Source of the DNA: an uncultured Pseudomonadota bacterium
GTDB lineage: Bacteria; Pseudomonadota; Gammaproteobacteria; Steroidobacterales; Steroidobacteraceae
DNA: 64,000 nt
Assembly (NCBI GenBank): GCA_903885195.1
Contig: CAISHQ010000032.1
Span: 11,192 to 75,191 of the forward strand
Direction: 5' to 3'
Part shown: in pieces, positions 48,967 to 56,837 of the stretch
How the letters are laid out: each line of letters starts with the position of its first letter
Numbering within the stretch: the stretch's first letter is position 1
Notes under the pieces: model-generated
The model's database searches: none
Told to the model about the DNA's origin: nothing
What the model saw: the letters and a program-made list of their open reading frames with translations, nothing else
Program-made: the position numbers and the translations under genes

Positions 48967-50261
48967 GTCGGCAGTGCAGCGCGGTCGCGGAAAATGCAGC
49001 GATCCATCACGGTGAAAACGCCCGCCGTACGCGCACGGCGGGCCGCCGCTTCGTCGATGACACCATCCTGCAGCCATAACGCCGGCAGATGCAGGGCAAT
49101 GCACTCATCGACGATCGCTGAGACATGCTCTGGGCGACGGAAGACGTCGACGATGTCGATGCGCTCGCCGGCCGGCAGGGCCGCTACCGCCGCAGCGAGC
49201 GTGGGCACGCAGGGTTCGCCCAGAATGCTCTCGGCGCTCGGGTTGACCGGGATGATGCGGTAGCCGAATTTCTGCAACGAGCGCGCTACCCCGTGGCTCG
49301 GTCGGCTGCGATCGGCGCTCAGACCGACGATGGCGACGTTACGTGCTCGGCGCAGCAAATCAAAGATTTCGGTTTCCGGTGGGTTGCGAAACGGGGCCTC
49401 GGCGAACAGCCGCCACTTGAGCCGGTAAATGGCCGAAATGTCTTCATCGCCATACCCTTCAGCGATCAGTTCGGCGTATTCACGCAGCACGTCATCGACG
49501 ACGGGCAGCGATACGCCGCTCGCCGCCGCCATGTCGCGGCAGATTTTCAGATCCTTTTCGTGCAGGCGCACACGGAACCCGGCCGGAAAACTGCCGCGGA
49601 TCATGTTGGGCGCGCGATTGACGAAGTACCACGAGGAGCCCGCGCCCTGACCTAAGGTCTCGACCACCTGCTCGAGCGGCAGCTGCTGCGCACGGGCGAA
49701 GGCCATCGCTTCGCCGACCGCGCGGATGATGCCGGCGCACATGATCTGGTTGGTAGCCTTGGTCGCCTGACCGGCTCCGGTGGCGCCGAACAGGCTGATC
49801 GTGCGGCCCATCGCGGCGAGTACGGGCTTGGCCCGCGCGAAATCCTCGGCCGATCCGCCGCACATGATCGCGAGCGTGCCCTTCTGCGCGCCTTCCACGC
49901 CGCCACTGACCGGGCAGTCGAGGAAGCTTGCTTGCCGAGAGCGCAGGCGAGCGGCCGCAGTACGCGCCGTATCGGCACTCACGGTGGAGCAATCGATGAC
50001 GAGCGCGCCGGGCTGGATGCCAGGCAGCAGTGCATCGACCACGTCCAGCACGTCGACGTCGGCGGAGACGCAGATCACCATCACCTCGCACTGTGTGGCG
50101 AGCTGCGCCGGTGTTGCTGCGGCGGTGCAGTGCAACTCGGCAGCGAGGGCCGCTGACTTGCCATTGGTGCGGTTCCACACCGCCTGCAGGAGGTTTGCCT
50201 TTTGCAGATTGCGCGCCATGGGCATGCCCATGGCGCCGAGACCGAGAAAGCCGACGTTCAT
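48963..50261 (-). CDS. Fusion protein: 3-hydroxyisobutyrate/6-phosphogluconate dehydrogenase-like NAD(P)-binding oxidoreductase (N-terminal) plus CoA-binding (YccU-like) domain (C-terminal)
   Basis: The N-terminal VGFLGLGAMGMPMARNL plus GAGQATKATNQIM are beta-hydroxyacid dehydrogenase motifs. The C-terminal 130 aa or so (RNVAIVGLSADRSRPSHGVARSLQKFGYRIIPVNP...DIVDVFRRPE) is the CoA-binding Rossmann pattern. Confidence 0.75.
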   Translation of the reverse strand: MNVGFLGLGAMGMPMARNLQKANLLQAVWNRTNGKSAALAAELHCTAAATPAQLATQCEVMVICVSADVDVLDVVDALLPGIQPGALVIDCSTVSADTARTAAARLRSRQASFLDCPVSGGVEGAQKGTLAIMCGGSAEDFARAKPVLAAMGRTISLFGATGAGQATKATNQIMCAGIIRAVGEAMAFARAQQLPLEQVVETLGQGAGSSWYFVNRAPNMIRGSFPAGFRVRLHEKDLKICRDMAAASGVSLPVVDDVLREYAELIAEGYGDEDISAIYRLKWRLFAEAPFRNPPETEIFDLLRRARNVAIVGLSADRSRPSHGVARSLQKFGYRIIPVNPSAESILGEPCVPTLAAAVAALPAGERIDIVDVFRRPEHVSAIVDECIALHLPALWLQDGVIDEAAARRARTAGVFTVMDRCIFRDRAALPT

Positions 50262-50294
50262 GTCGACATCTTACGCGGGGACGATACCGCAGTG

Positions 50295-50327
50295 AAAAAA
50301 AGGGCGGCAGTCGCGAGACCGCCGCCC
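50295..50327 (-). terminator. Intrinsic terminator downstream of amtB
   Basis: The minus strand reads GGGCGGCGGTCTCGCGACTGCCGCCC followed by TTTTTTT, 57 nt after the amtB stop. Confidence 0.8.
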
Positions 50328-50383
50328 AAGGGGGTTTACAGGGGACTACTGTAAATCGTGGTGAATCGGAGTCGTGTCGTGGG

Positions 50384-51820
50384 TCAGTTCGTGTACGCGC
50401 GCTCGTTGTGCTCGTTGGTATCGAGACCTTCGCGCTCGGCCTCCTCGGCCACACGCAGTCCGACGATCAGATCGGCAATCTTGAAGGCGATGAAGGCGCC
50501 CACCGCCGACCACACGACCGTGACGCCCACGGCCTTGGCCTGTGTCAGCACCTGCACGGCGATCGGGTTCGAGCCGACGCTGGCCGTGACCCAGTCGGTG
50601 ACGAGTCCCGGTCCACCGAGCGCCTGCGTGTTGAACACGCCGGTCAGCAGCGCGCCGACGATGCCTCCGATGCCATGCACGCCGAACACATCGAGCGAGT
50701 CATCGGCCTTGAGCAGGCGCTTCAGTCCGGTGACGCCCCAGAGACACACGATTGCGGCGATGGCGCCAATGGCGAGTGCGCCCATCAGACCGACGTTGCC
50801 GGCAGCCGGAGTGATCGCCACGAGTCCCGCGACGGCACCGGAGGCGGCACCCAGCATCGAGGCGTGACCTTTGAGGATCCACTCGGCGAGCGACCAGGCA
50901 ACGACGGCACCGGCGGTGGCGAGCAGGGTGTTGATGAAGGCGAGGGCCGCGAAGTTGCCGGCCTCCAGCGCCGAGCCGGCGTTGAAGCCGAACCAGCCCA
51001 CCCACAGCAGCGAGGCGCCGACCATGGTGTGCACGAGATTGTGCGGCGGCATCGGCTCGCGGCCGTAGCCCACGCGCTTGCCGATCATGTACGCGCCGAC
51101 GAGGCCTGCGACGCCCGCGTTGATGTGCACCACCGTGCCGCCCGCGAAGTCGAGAGCGCCCCACTGCCAGAGCAGACCGGCCTTGGCGTTCATGGCATCC
51201 ACGACGCCGGCGTCCGTGTACGCATCGGGCCCCATCCAGAACCACACCATGTGGGCGATCGGCAGATAGGCGATGGTGAACCAGATCACCATGAAGATGA
51301 GCACTGCGGAGAATTTCATGCGCTCGGCGAAGGCGCCGACGATCAGTGCGCAGGTAATACCTGCGAAGGTTGCCTGGAAAGCGGCGAAAACGATCTCTGG
51401 AATGTAGACGCCCTTGCTGAAGGTCGCTGCGAGCGCAAACGTGCCGGCCGACGGATCCCACAGGCCATTCATGAACAGCCGGCCCGTACCACCGAGGAAC
51501 GCGCTGCCTTCGGTGAAGGCCAGCGAGTAACCGTAGATGCACCACAGCACGACGATCAGTGAGAAGCCGACCATCACCTGCATCAGCACCGAGAGGATGT
51601 TCTTCGAGCGCACGAGACCGCCATAGAACAGCGCGAGGCCCGGGATCGTCATGAGGATGACGAGCAGCGTGGAGACGAGCATCCAAGCCGTATCACCCTT
51701 GTCGGGCACGGGCGCATCCTGCGCAAGCGCCAGCGCGGGCGCCATCGTTCCGAGCACCACGGCAGCAGCGGACTGCAGCCAGCGGCGGATTGCGTGTGTC
51801 GATCGCTTCGTCGTTTCCAT
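50384..51820 (-). CDS. amtB: Ammonium transporter AmtB
   Basis: Signal peptide plus 11 TM. DFAGGTVVHINAG and VHGIGGIVGALLTG are Amt twin-His motifs. Confidence 0.95.
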   Translation of the reverse strand: METTKRSTHAIRRWLQSAAAVVLGTMAPALALAQDAPVPDKGDTAWMLVSTLLVILMTIPGLALFYGGLVRSKNILSVLMQVMVGFSLIVVLWCIYGYSLAFTEGSAFLGGTGRLFMNGLWDPSAGTFALAATFSKGVYIPEIVFAAFQATFAGITCALIVGAFAERMKFSAVLIFMVIWFTIAYLPIAHMVWFWMGPDAYTDAGVVDAMNAKAGLLWQWGALDFAGGTVVHINAGVAGLVGAYMIGKRVGYGREPMPPHNLVHTMVGASLLWVGWFGFNAGSALEAGNFAALAFINTLLATAGAVVAWSLAEWILKGHASMLGAASGAVAGLVAITPAAGNVGLMGALAIGAIAAIVCLWGVTGLKRLLKADDSLDVFGVHGIGGIVGALLTGVFNTQALGGPGLVTDWVTASVGSNPIAVQVLTQAKAVGVTVVWSAVGAFIAFKIADLIVGLRVAEEAEREGLDTNEHNERAYTN

Positions 51821-51846
51821 GTTCCCTCTCCCTGCTCGCCAAAGAT

Positions 51847-52185
51847 TCAGGCGGCCGCTACGCCGGTCTCGCCGGTGCGTATGCGAATCGCCTGTGCCAA
51901 CCCGGATACGAAAATCCTGCCGTCGCCGACCTTGCCGGTGCGCGTCACGTTGGCGATCGCCTCGATGACCGGTTCAACGATGGTTTCGTCGACCGCAATC
52001 TGCACCTGAGTCCGCGGCACGAAGTCGATGCGGTACTGCGCACCGCGGTAGACCTCGGAGTGACCGTGCTCGGCGCCGTACCCTTGCACCTCGACGACGG
52101 TCATCCCCTGCACCCCGAGTTGCGCAACGGCCATCTCCAGGTCGTCGAGCTTGTACGGCCGGATGATCGCGGTGATCAGTTTCAT
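51847..52185 (-). CDS. glnK: Nitrogen regulatory protein P-II (GlnK)
   Basis: The sequence starts MKLITAIIRPYKLDD... and ends ...TGKVGDGRIFV...IRIRTGE, at 112 aa, immediately upstream of amtB. The T-loop reads GYGAEHGHSEVYRGAQY. Confidence 0.93.
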   Translation of the reverse strand: MKLITAIIRPYKLDDLEMAVAQLGVQGMTVVEVQGYGAEHGHSEVYRGAQYRIDFVPRTQVQIAVDETIVEPVIEAIANVTRTGKVGDGRIFVSGLAQAIRIRTGETGVAAA

Positions 52186-52298
52186 CGCCATGGCAGCCTT
52201 CCAAGTTCGGTTTCCGGGCAAATGCGGGGATATGCCGCTCTGCGCCGCCCGGCTCGGGCACGGTATCCTTGTGCCCGCTTCGGTCGGCCAGAGTGGAT

Positions 52299-52314
52299 TG
52301 CAGAAACCGTGCCA
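52299..52314 (-). promoter_or_regulatory. sigma54 (-24/-12) promoter for glnK-amtB
   Basis: The minus strand reads TGGCACGGTTTCTGCA (consensus TGGCAC-N5-TTGCA), about 115 nt upstream of the glnK ATG. Confidence 0.7.
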
Positions 52315-52377
52315 CCGCTCGCACTGCGTGCAGACCGGCCCGAAGCGGTTTTTTTCCGTCATTTTTGCGGTAGCGAC

Positions 52378-52410
52378 GCACCGTTTTGGCGCTTGGCACC
52401 AGGATCGTGC
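52378..52410 (-). promoter_or_regulatory. Two tandem NtrC-like enhancer half-palindromes upstream of the sigma54 promoter, with intervening A-tracts
   Basis: GCACCGTTTTGGCGC (52378-52392) and GCACCAGGATCGTGC (52396-52410) each have one mismatch to GCACC-N5-GGTGC. A-tracts (minus strand AAAAATGACGGAAAAAAA, 52343-52368) lie between them and the promoter. Confidence 0.5.
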
Positions 52411-52460
52411 GTCAATAGGGGGCAGAGCCCCGAATTGTCTTGGCTAGAGGAGCCTCGCTT

Positions 52461-52718
52461 ATGGAATTTCGCATCGATGAACTGGCCCGCCGGCTGTTTG
52501 CAGTCCTGCCACCGGCCATGCAGGGCCTGCGGGATGATCTCGAGCGCAACTTCAAGGCGGTGCTGCGCGCCAATCTGAGTGAGCTCGATCTGGTGGCCCG
52601 CGATGAGTTCGTCGCCCAGAGCAAGGTGCTCGAGCGCACCCGTGCGCGACTCGAACAGCTCGAGCGTCGCCTCGCTGAGCTCGAGGCCGAGGCGAAGGCA
52701 GGTCGCGAGGCCGGCTGA
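52461..52718 (+). CDS. ubiK: Ubiquinone biosynthesis accessory factor UbiK (YqiC/BMFP coiled-coil family)
   Basis: An 85-aa coiled-coil protein containing DDLERNFKAVLRANLSELDLVARDEFVAQSKVLERTRARLEQLERRL. ATG 52461 is preceded by AGAGGAG. Confidence 0.8.
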   Translation: MEFRIDELARRLFAVLPPAMQGLRDDLERNFKAVLRANLSELDLVARDEFVAQSKVLERTRARLEQLERRLAELEAEAKAGREAG

Positions 52719-52721
52719 GCC

Positions 52722-54239
52722 ATGGCCGTCGCCCGAGTCGCGTGTCGGGCGCAGATCGGCCTACTTGCGCCGGTCGTGCAGGTCGAGGTTCATCTCGGTG
52801 CCGGTCTGCCCTGCTTCAACATCGTGGGTCTGCCGGCGACAGAGGTCAAAGAAAGCAAGGAGCGGGTCAGGGCAGCGCTCGTCAACTCGGGATTCGAGTT
52901 GCCCGCCGGGCGCATCACCATCAACCTCGCGCCCGCTGATCTGCCGAAGGATGGCGGGCGTTTCGATCTCGCCATCGCCATCGGCATCCTCGCAGCCGCC
53001 GGCCAGGTGGGCGCGAGCAGCTCGCTTGAGCAAGTCGAGTTTCTCGGCGAACTCGGTCTCACCGGAGCGTTGCGCGCCATCCGTGGTGCACTGCCCTCCG
53101 CTGCTGCGGCCGCGCAGGCGGGACACTCGGTGATCTTGCCGCGGGACAACGCGTCGGACCTGCAGTGCATGCCGGGACTCGCGGCGCATGCCGCAGGCAG
53201 TCTGCTCGAGGTCTGCGCGCATCTCGATCAGCGCCAAGCCTTGCCCAAGGTCGCCGAGATCGCTGCGACGGTGGACACACCTGCAGGTTCCGCCCACGTG
53301 CTGCAGCTGGCGGATGTGTGTGGTCAGACCTCGGCCAAGCTCGCCCTCGAAGTGGCGGCGGCGGGGGGGCACAGCGTACTGCTCGTCGGACCGCCCGGTT
53401 GCGGGAAGAGCATGTTGGCCGAACGGTTGCCGCATCTCATGCCACCGCTGCTTGAGCAGGAGCGGCTTGAGGTCGCGATGGTCGATTCCATCGTCCGCGG
53501 TCGCGCGGCGCAGGAGCCATGTCGGCCGTTTCGCGCCCCGCATCACACGGCATCGGCCAGTGCCATCATCGGTGGCGGGCCTGCCGCGCGTCCGGGCGAG
53601 GTCACGCTCGCCCACCGGGGGGTGTTATTCCTCGATGAGTTGCCCGAGTTCGACCGTCGCGTGCTCGAAGCGCTGCGCGAGCCGCTCGAGACGGGAGTCG
53701 TGACCGTGGCGCGGGTCGGTTCCCATGCCGAGTATCCGGCCGCGTTCCAGTTGGTTGCGGCCATGAATCCTTGTCCCTGCGGGTATCACGGCCACGGCTC
53801 ACGTCGCTGTCAGTGCACGGTGGCGCAGGTCGAGCGCTATCGCGCACGCCTGTCCGGGCCGTTGCTCGATCGGCTCGACATGCGGGTCACTTTGTCCGCC
53901 GTCAGTGAGACCGATCTCGCCGAGCATCGTCGTCGCTGTCAGGCCGATGATTCAGCCGTGCGTGCGCGCATCCGTTGCGCGCGTTCCCGACAGCAGGCCC
54001 GGCAGGGAGTTCTCAACGCCGCACTGGGGGTGGGCGAACTCGAGAGCGTCTGTCAGATGTTGCCGCCGGCTCAGACGCTGTTGCAGCGAACCGCAAATGC
54101 TCTGGGATTGAGCATGCGCTCACGCCACAGACTGATCAGGGTGGCGAGGACCTTGGCAGACCTTGCCGACGAGCCTACTGTCGGTGAAGCGCATCTGGCC
54201 GAAGCGTTGGCACTGCGTCGCGCCTTGACGGCGGCCTGA
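52722..54239 (+). CDS. comM: YifB/ComM family Mg-chelatase-like AAA+ ATPase
   Basis: N-terminal Lon-protease-like domain (VQVEVHLGAGLPCFNIVGLP...KESKERV). Walker A LVGPPGCGKSMLA. FLDELPEF. The Zn-ribbon-like motif is NPCPCGYHG...C.C. Confidence 0.93.
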   Translation: MAVARVACRAQIGLLAPVVQVEVHLGAGLPCFNIVGLPATEVKESKERVRAALVNSGFELPAGRITINLAPADLPKDGGRFDLAIAIGILAAAGQVGASSSLEQVEFLGELGLTGALRAIRGALPSAAAAAQAGHSVILPRDNASDLQCMPGLAAHAAGSLLEVCAHLDQRQALPKVAEIAATVDTPAGSAHVLQLADVCGQTSAKLALEVAAAGGHSVLLVGPPGCGKSMLAERLPHLMPPLLEQERLEVAMVDSIVRGRAAQEPCRPFRAPHHTASASAIIGGGPAARPGEVTLAHRGVLFLDELPEFDRRVLEALREPLETGVVTVARVGSHAEYPAAFQLVAAMNPCPCGYHGHGSRRCQCTVAQVERYRARLSGPLLDRLDMRVTLSAVSETDLAEHRRRCQADDSAVRARIRCARSRQQARQGVLNAALGVGELESVCQMLPPAQTLLQRTANALGLSMRSRHRLIRVARTLADLADEPTVGEAHLAEALALRRALTAA

Positions 54240-54315
54240 AACGGCAACTTAGCCGGCACCTGAACCGGCGGCACCTAAATCGATCACCTGGATCGCCGGC
54301 CCCGGGGCCGACGGC

Positions 54316-54828
54316 TTACTGGGCCTTCGACACCATGTGATCGACGGCGGCCTGGACGAGCTCGTCCGACAGATCAGCACGTCCGCCCTTGGCCGGCATC
54401 ACACCGTTTTTCCCGGTGTAGCCCTCGATGGCGTGCTTGTAGAGCGTGGCCGTTCCCTGGGCGATACGCGGTGCCCAAGCGGCGCGGTCATCGGATTTCG
54501 GCGCGCCGCCGATGCCGTTCAGGTGGCAGGCGCCGCAGACCTGGTCGTACACCTCGACGCCGCTTGTCGGCATGGCGAGGGTGGCGACCACGGCGCCGGC
54601 GGCCGGGGCGATGGCGAGCGCCGAATTGTCCTGTCCCGCAACCGCCACGCGACCCGAGGTCAGGTTGAGCTCAACGTCCGACACGTATTTGGGGTCGCTC
54701 TCGATGTGCGCGACCTGGGTGTCCCGGCCGACGGCGCGGGCGAGCGCGAACAGCAGGATGGTAATCACGATCAGAATGCCGAGGACGAGGCTGAAGATAT
54801 TGAAAAACTTGGAATCCTGCGTGCTCAC
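54316..54828 (-). CDS. Membrane-anchored c-type cytochrome (cytochrome c5-like)
   Basis: N-terminal TM helix, a single haem motif CGACH, and the downstream MPAKGG methionine-ligand context. Confidence 0.85.
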   Translation of the reverse strand: MSTQDSKFFNIFSLVLGILIVITILLFALARAVGRDTQVAHIESDPKYVSDVELNLTSGRVAVAGQDNSALAIAPAAGAVVATLAMPTSGVEVYDQVCGACHLNGIGGAPKSDDRAAWAPRIAQGTATLYKHAIEGYTGKNGVMPAKGGRADLSDELVQAAVDHMVSKAQ

Positions 54829-54929
54829 GATGCGGTCCTGAGGGCTCAGTTAAAACCGGGCGCGAGTATATCCGCCCACCGCCAGCCCGTCGACCGCAGC
54901 CCCGTCGCGGCGCCAAAAAGCGGCCGCGG

Positions 54930-56132
54930 TCAGCGGCTGCGATCGGTGACTTCCAGCGTGATCTCCCGCATCCGCAGGCCGCCCGAGACGGCGCTGTCGA
55001 GACGCACCGTGCCCTCGAGCGGTAAGCCCAGCAAGGTTTTGCCGGGAAAGCCGCCGGTCGGCGCAGTGGACGAATTGTCCGCTACGGCTTCGATGTAGCG
55101 ATCGAGATCGAGGCGGTTCCCTTGGAGCGAGAAGCGGATTTTTCGGCCCACGGATATCGAGCCGGTCAGACGCACATCGTCGATGCCCACGCGCAGATCA
55201 TCGACGAGCAGCCCCTGCTCGGTCTGGCTCAGGCTGCCCGAGAGACCGCGCAGCCGAAACCAAGGGGAGTTGCGTGCGAAGGGCGGCTGTTGGCCTGCGG
55301 CTTCGATCAGGGCCGCGAGCGGCACAGGATCGAGCGCGAAACGACCTGCAGCCTGCGACGGCTTGCCCTCCGGCATGGACACGGCCAGATCGCTGAGGCG
55401 CAGGCGAATCGGGCCGAGGCTGACGGTTGCCGCGGGGATTCGTGCGGCGGGAACACTGGCGTCGACCGACAGCGAGGGCACGCGCAGCACCACGGTGTCG
55501 AGATCGAGTGGCTTGGCGCGCAAGTCGATTTCACTGATGCGCCAGCGCTGGCCTTCCACCGGGCCGACGCCGCGCTCAACCTTGCCCGTTTGCAACGTGA
55601 TGGATCGCGCGACGAATTTTGGCGCGGTGGATTCGCGCTCGTCGGTGAAGCGCACTTCCGCATCGCGGATTTCGACCCGCGGCACGTTCAACGGCACGCT
55701 CGGCGGCGTCGGATCCCGCGAGCCGAGATCGCTGAAGTTGTCGCGGCCCGCGGCATCGATGCGCAGGTCGATCTTCAGTCCGTGGATGACGACCCCATAG
55801 AGCAGCGGTTCTTCTTCATAGGCCGTGCTGTAGTGGAAGCGCATTTCGATGAGATCCCACTGCGCGAGCGGCGGACCTTTGAAGCCCGCGGGATTGTCGA
55901 TCGAGCCTCGACCGACATTGAGTTCCACCCACGGCCACTCGTCGATGCGCATGGCGCCGGACAGATCCACCTTGCGCCCGAGTTCCTCGCGCAGCACGGC
56001 GCTGATTTCCCTGCGCACCAGAGCGGAGTTGAGCAGCGGGTTACGAAACACGACGACGAGCACGACCCCGAGAGCAATGCTCGCCAGCAGGCCTCCGACG
56101 ATCAGCAGTGTGCGTTGGCGTTTGCGGGTCAA
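54930..56132 (-). CDS. Short AsmA-like family protein (400 aa)
   Basis: An N-terminal TM anchor is followed by an AsmA-type N-terminal region (LREELGRKVDLSGAMRIDEWPWVELNVGRGSIDNPAGF). It is much shorter than canonical AsmA. Confidence 0.6.
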   Translation of the reverse strand: MTRKRQRTLLIVGGLLASIALGVVLVVVFRNPLLNSALVRREISAVLREELGRKVDLSGAMRIDEWPWVELNVGRGSIDNPAGFKGPPLAQWDLIEMRFHYSTAYEEEPLLYGVVIHGLKIDLRIDAAGRDNFSDLGSRDPTPPSVPLNVPRVEIRDAEVRFTDERESTAPKFVARSITLQTGKVERGVGPVEGQRWRISEIDLRAKPLDLDTVVLRVPSLSVDASVPAARIPAATVSLGPIRLRLSDLAVSMPEGKPSQAAGRFALDPVPLAALIEAAGQQPPFARNSPWFRLRGLSGSLSQTEQGLLVDDLRVGIDDVRLTGSISVGRKIRFSLQGNRLDLDRYIEAVADNSSTAPTGGFPGKTLLGLPLEGTVRLDSAVSGGLRMREITLEVTDRSR

Positions 56133-56144
56133 GGCGGCTCGCGA

Positions 56145-56798
56145 TCAGCGCTGCTGCCAGTTGCCGTCGCCGTCCTGGTAATACCAGCCGGGCCTTGCAC
56201 CGCGCTCGATCCAGCGCTGGGCGAAAATCCTCCGAATGTCTGCTTCCCACTCGGGACGGTCGTTGGCGCGCGCGATGGCCTCGTACAGGGCGTTGCGGTC
56301 GTTGTTGTCCTCGGCGACCAGCCGACGCACCAGCGCGCGATCGGGCAGGGCTGCCGCGTTGGCATCGCGGATTTCTATGAGGCCCGAGGTCGTCAGACCG
56401 ATTACTCCGGCATCGAAAAATCGCTCGAGCTGGCCGAAACGCTCCTGCATCGAGGCGGTGATGGCGCGGATTTCCGGCGAGGAGACATCCATGTTGGCGT
56501 CGACGCCCTGTGCGTGCGCTGCGGGAACGAGCGCATGCAGCGTGCGGCCGGCGAGCCACACCAGCCAATGCGTGTTGGTCTGACGGTGCACTGAAGACTG
56601 CGGCGGCGTCGTTCGCGGAGCCGGGGTGGAGCTGCGTGGTGCAGCCTTGCCTGCGCCCTTGATCACCGAATCGATGATTTCGTCAGCCGCCTTCTCCGCG
56701 GCTCCTGCCGGGAAGTACACGTTGATGGTGACGCAGGCTGAGATCAGCAGCGTGACGAGCGAGAGGTTCAGCCGCAGCAGGGTCTTCATGATCGACAC
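56145..56798 (-). CDS. YdbL (DUF1318)-like periplasmic protein with an extra N-terminal lipoprotein module (possible YnbE-YdbL fusion)
   Basis: The C-terminal 100 aa or so (RRLVAEDNNDRNALYEAIARAN...IFAQRWIERGARPGWYYQDGDGNWQQR) is YdbL-like. The N-terminus has the lipobox LISAC followed by VTINVYFP. An internal second signal-peptide-like stretch ends AAHAQ. Confidence 0.65.
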   Translation of the reverse strand: MSIMKTLLRLNLSLVTLLISACVTINVYFPAGAAEKAADEIIDSVIKGAGKAAPRSSTPAPRTTPPQSSVHRQTNTHWLVWLAGRTLHALVPAAHAQGVDANMDVSSPEIRAITASMQERFGQLERFFDAGVIGLTTSGLIEIRDANAAALPDRALVRRLVAEDNNDRNALYEAIARANDRPEWEADIRRIFAQRWIERGARPGWYYQDGDGNWQQR

Positions 56799-56837
56799 CT
56801 CGAGATCAGATGATTCCAGACACCGGGAGAGCCCGGG

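Noticed and set aside
52393-52410. A plus-strand sigma54-like TTGGCACCAGGATCGTGC element upstream of ubiK.
   Set aside because: The GG-to-GC spacing is off by 2 nt relative to TGGCAC-N5-TTGC. The sequence fits better as an NtrC-type half-palindrome serving the minus-strand glnK promoter.
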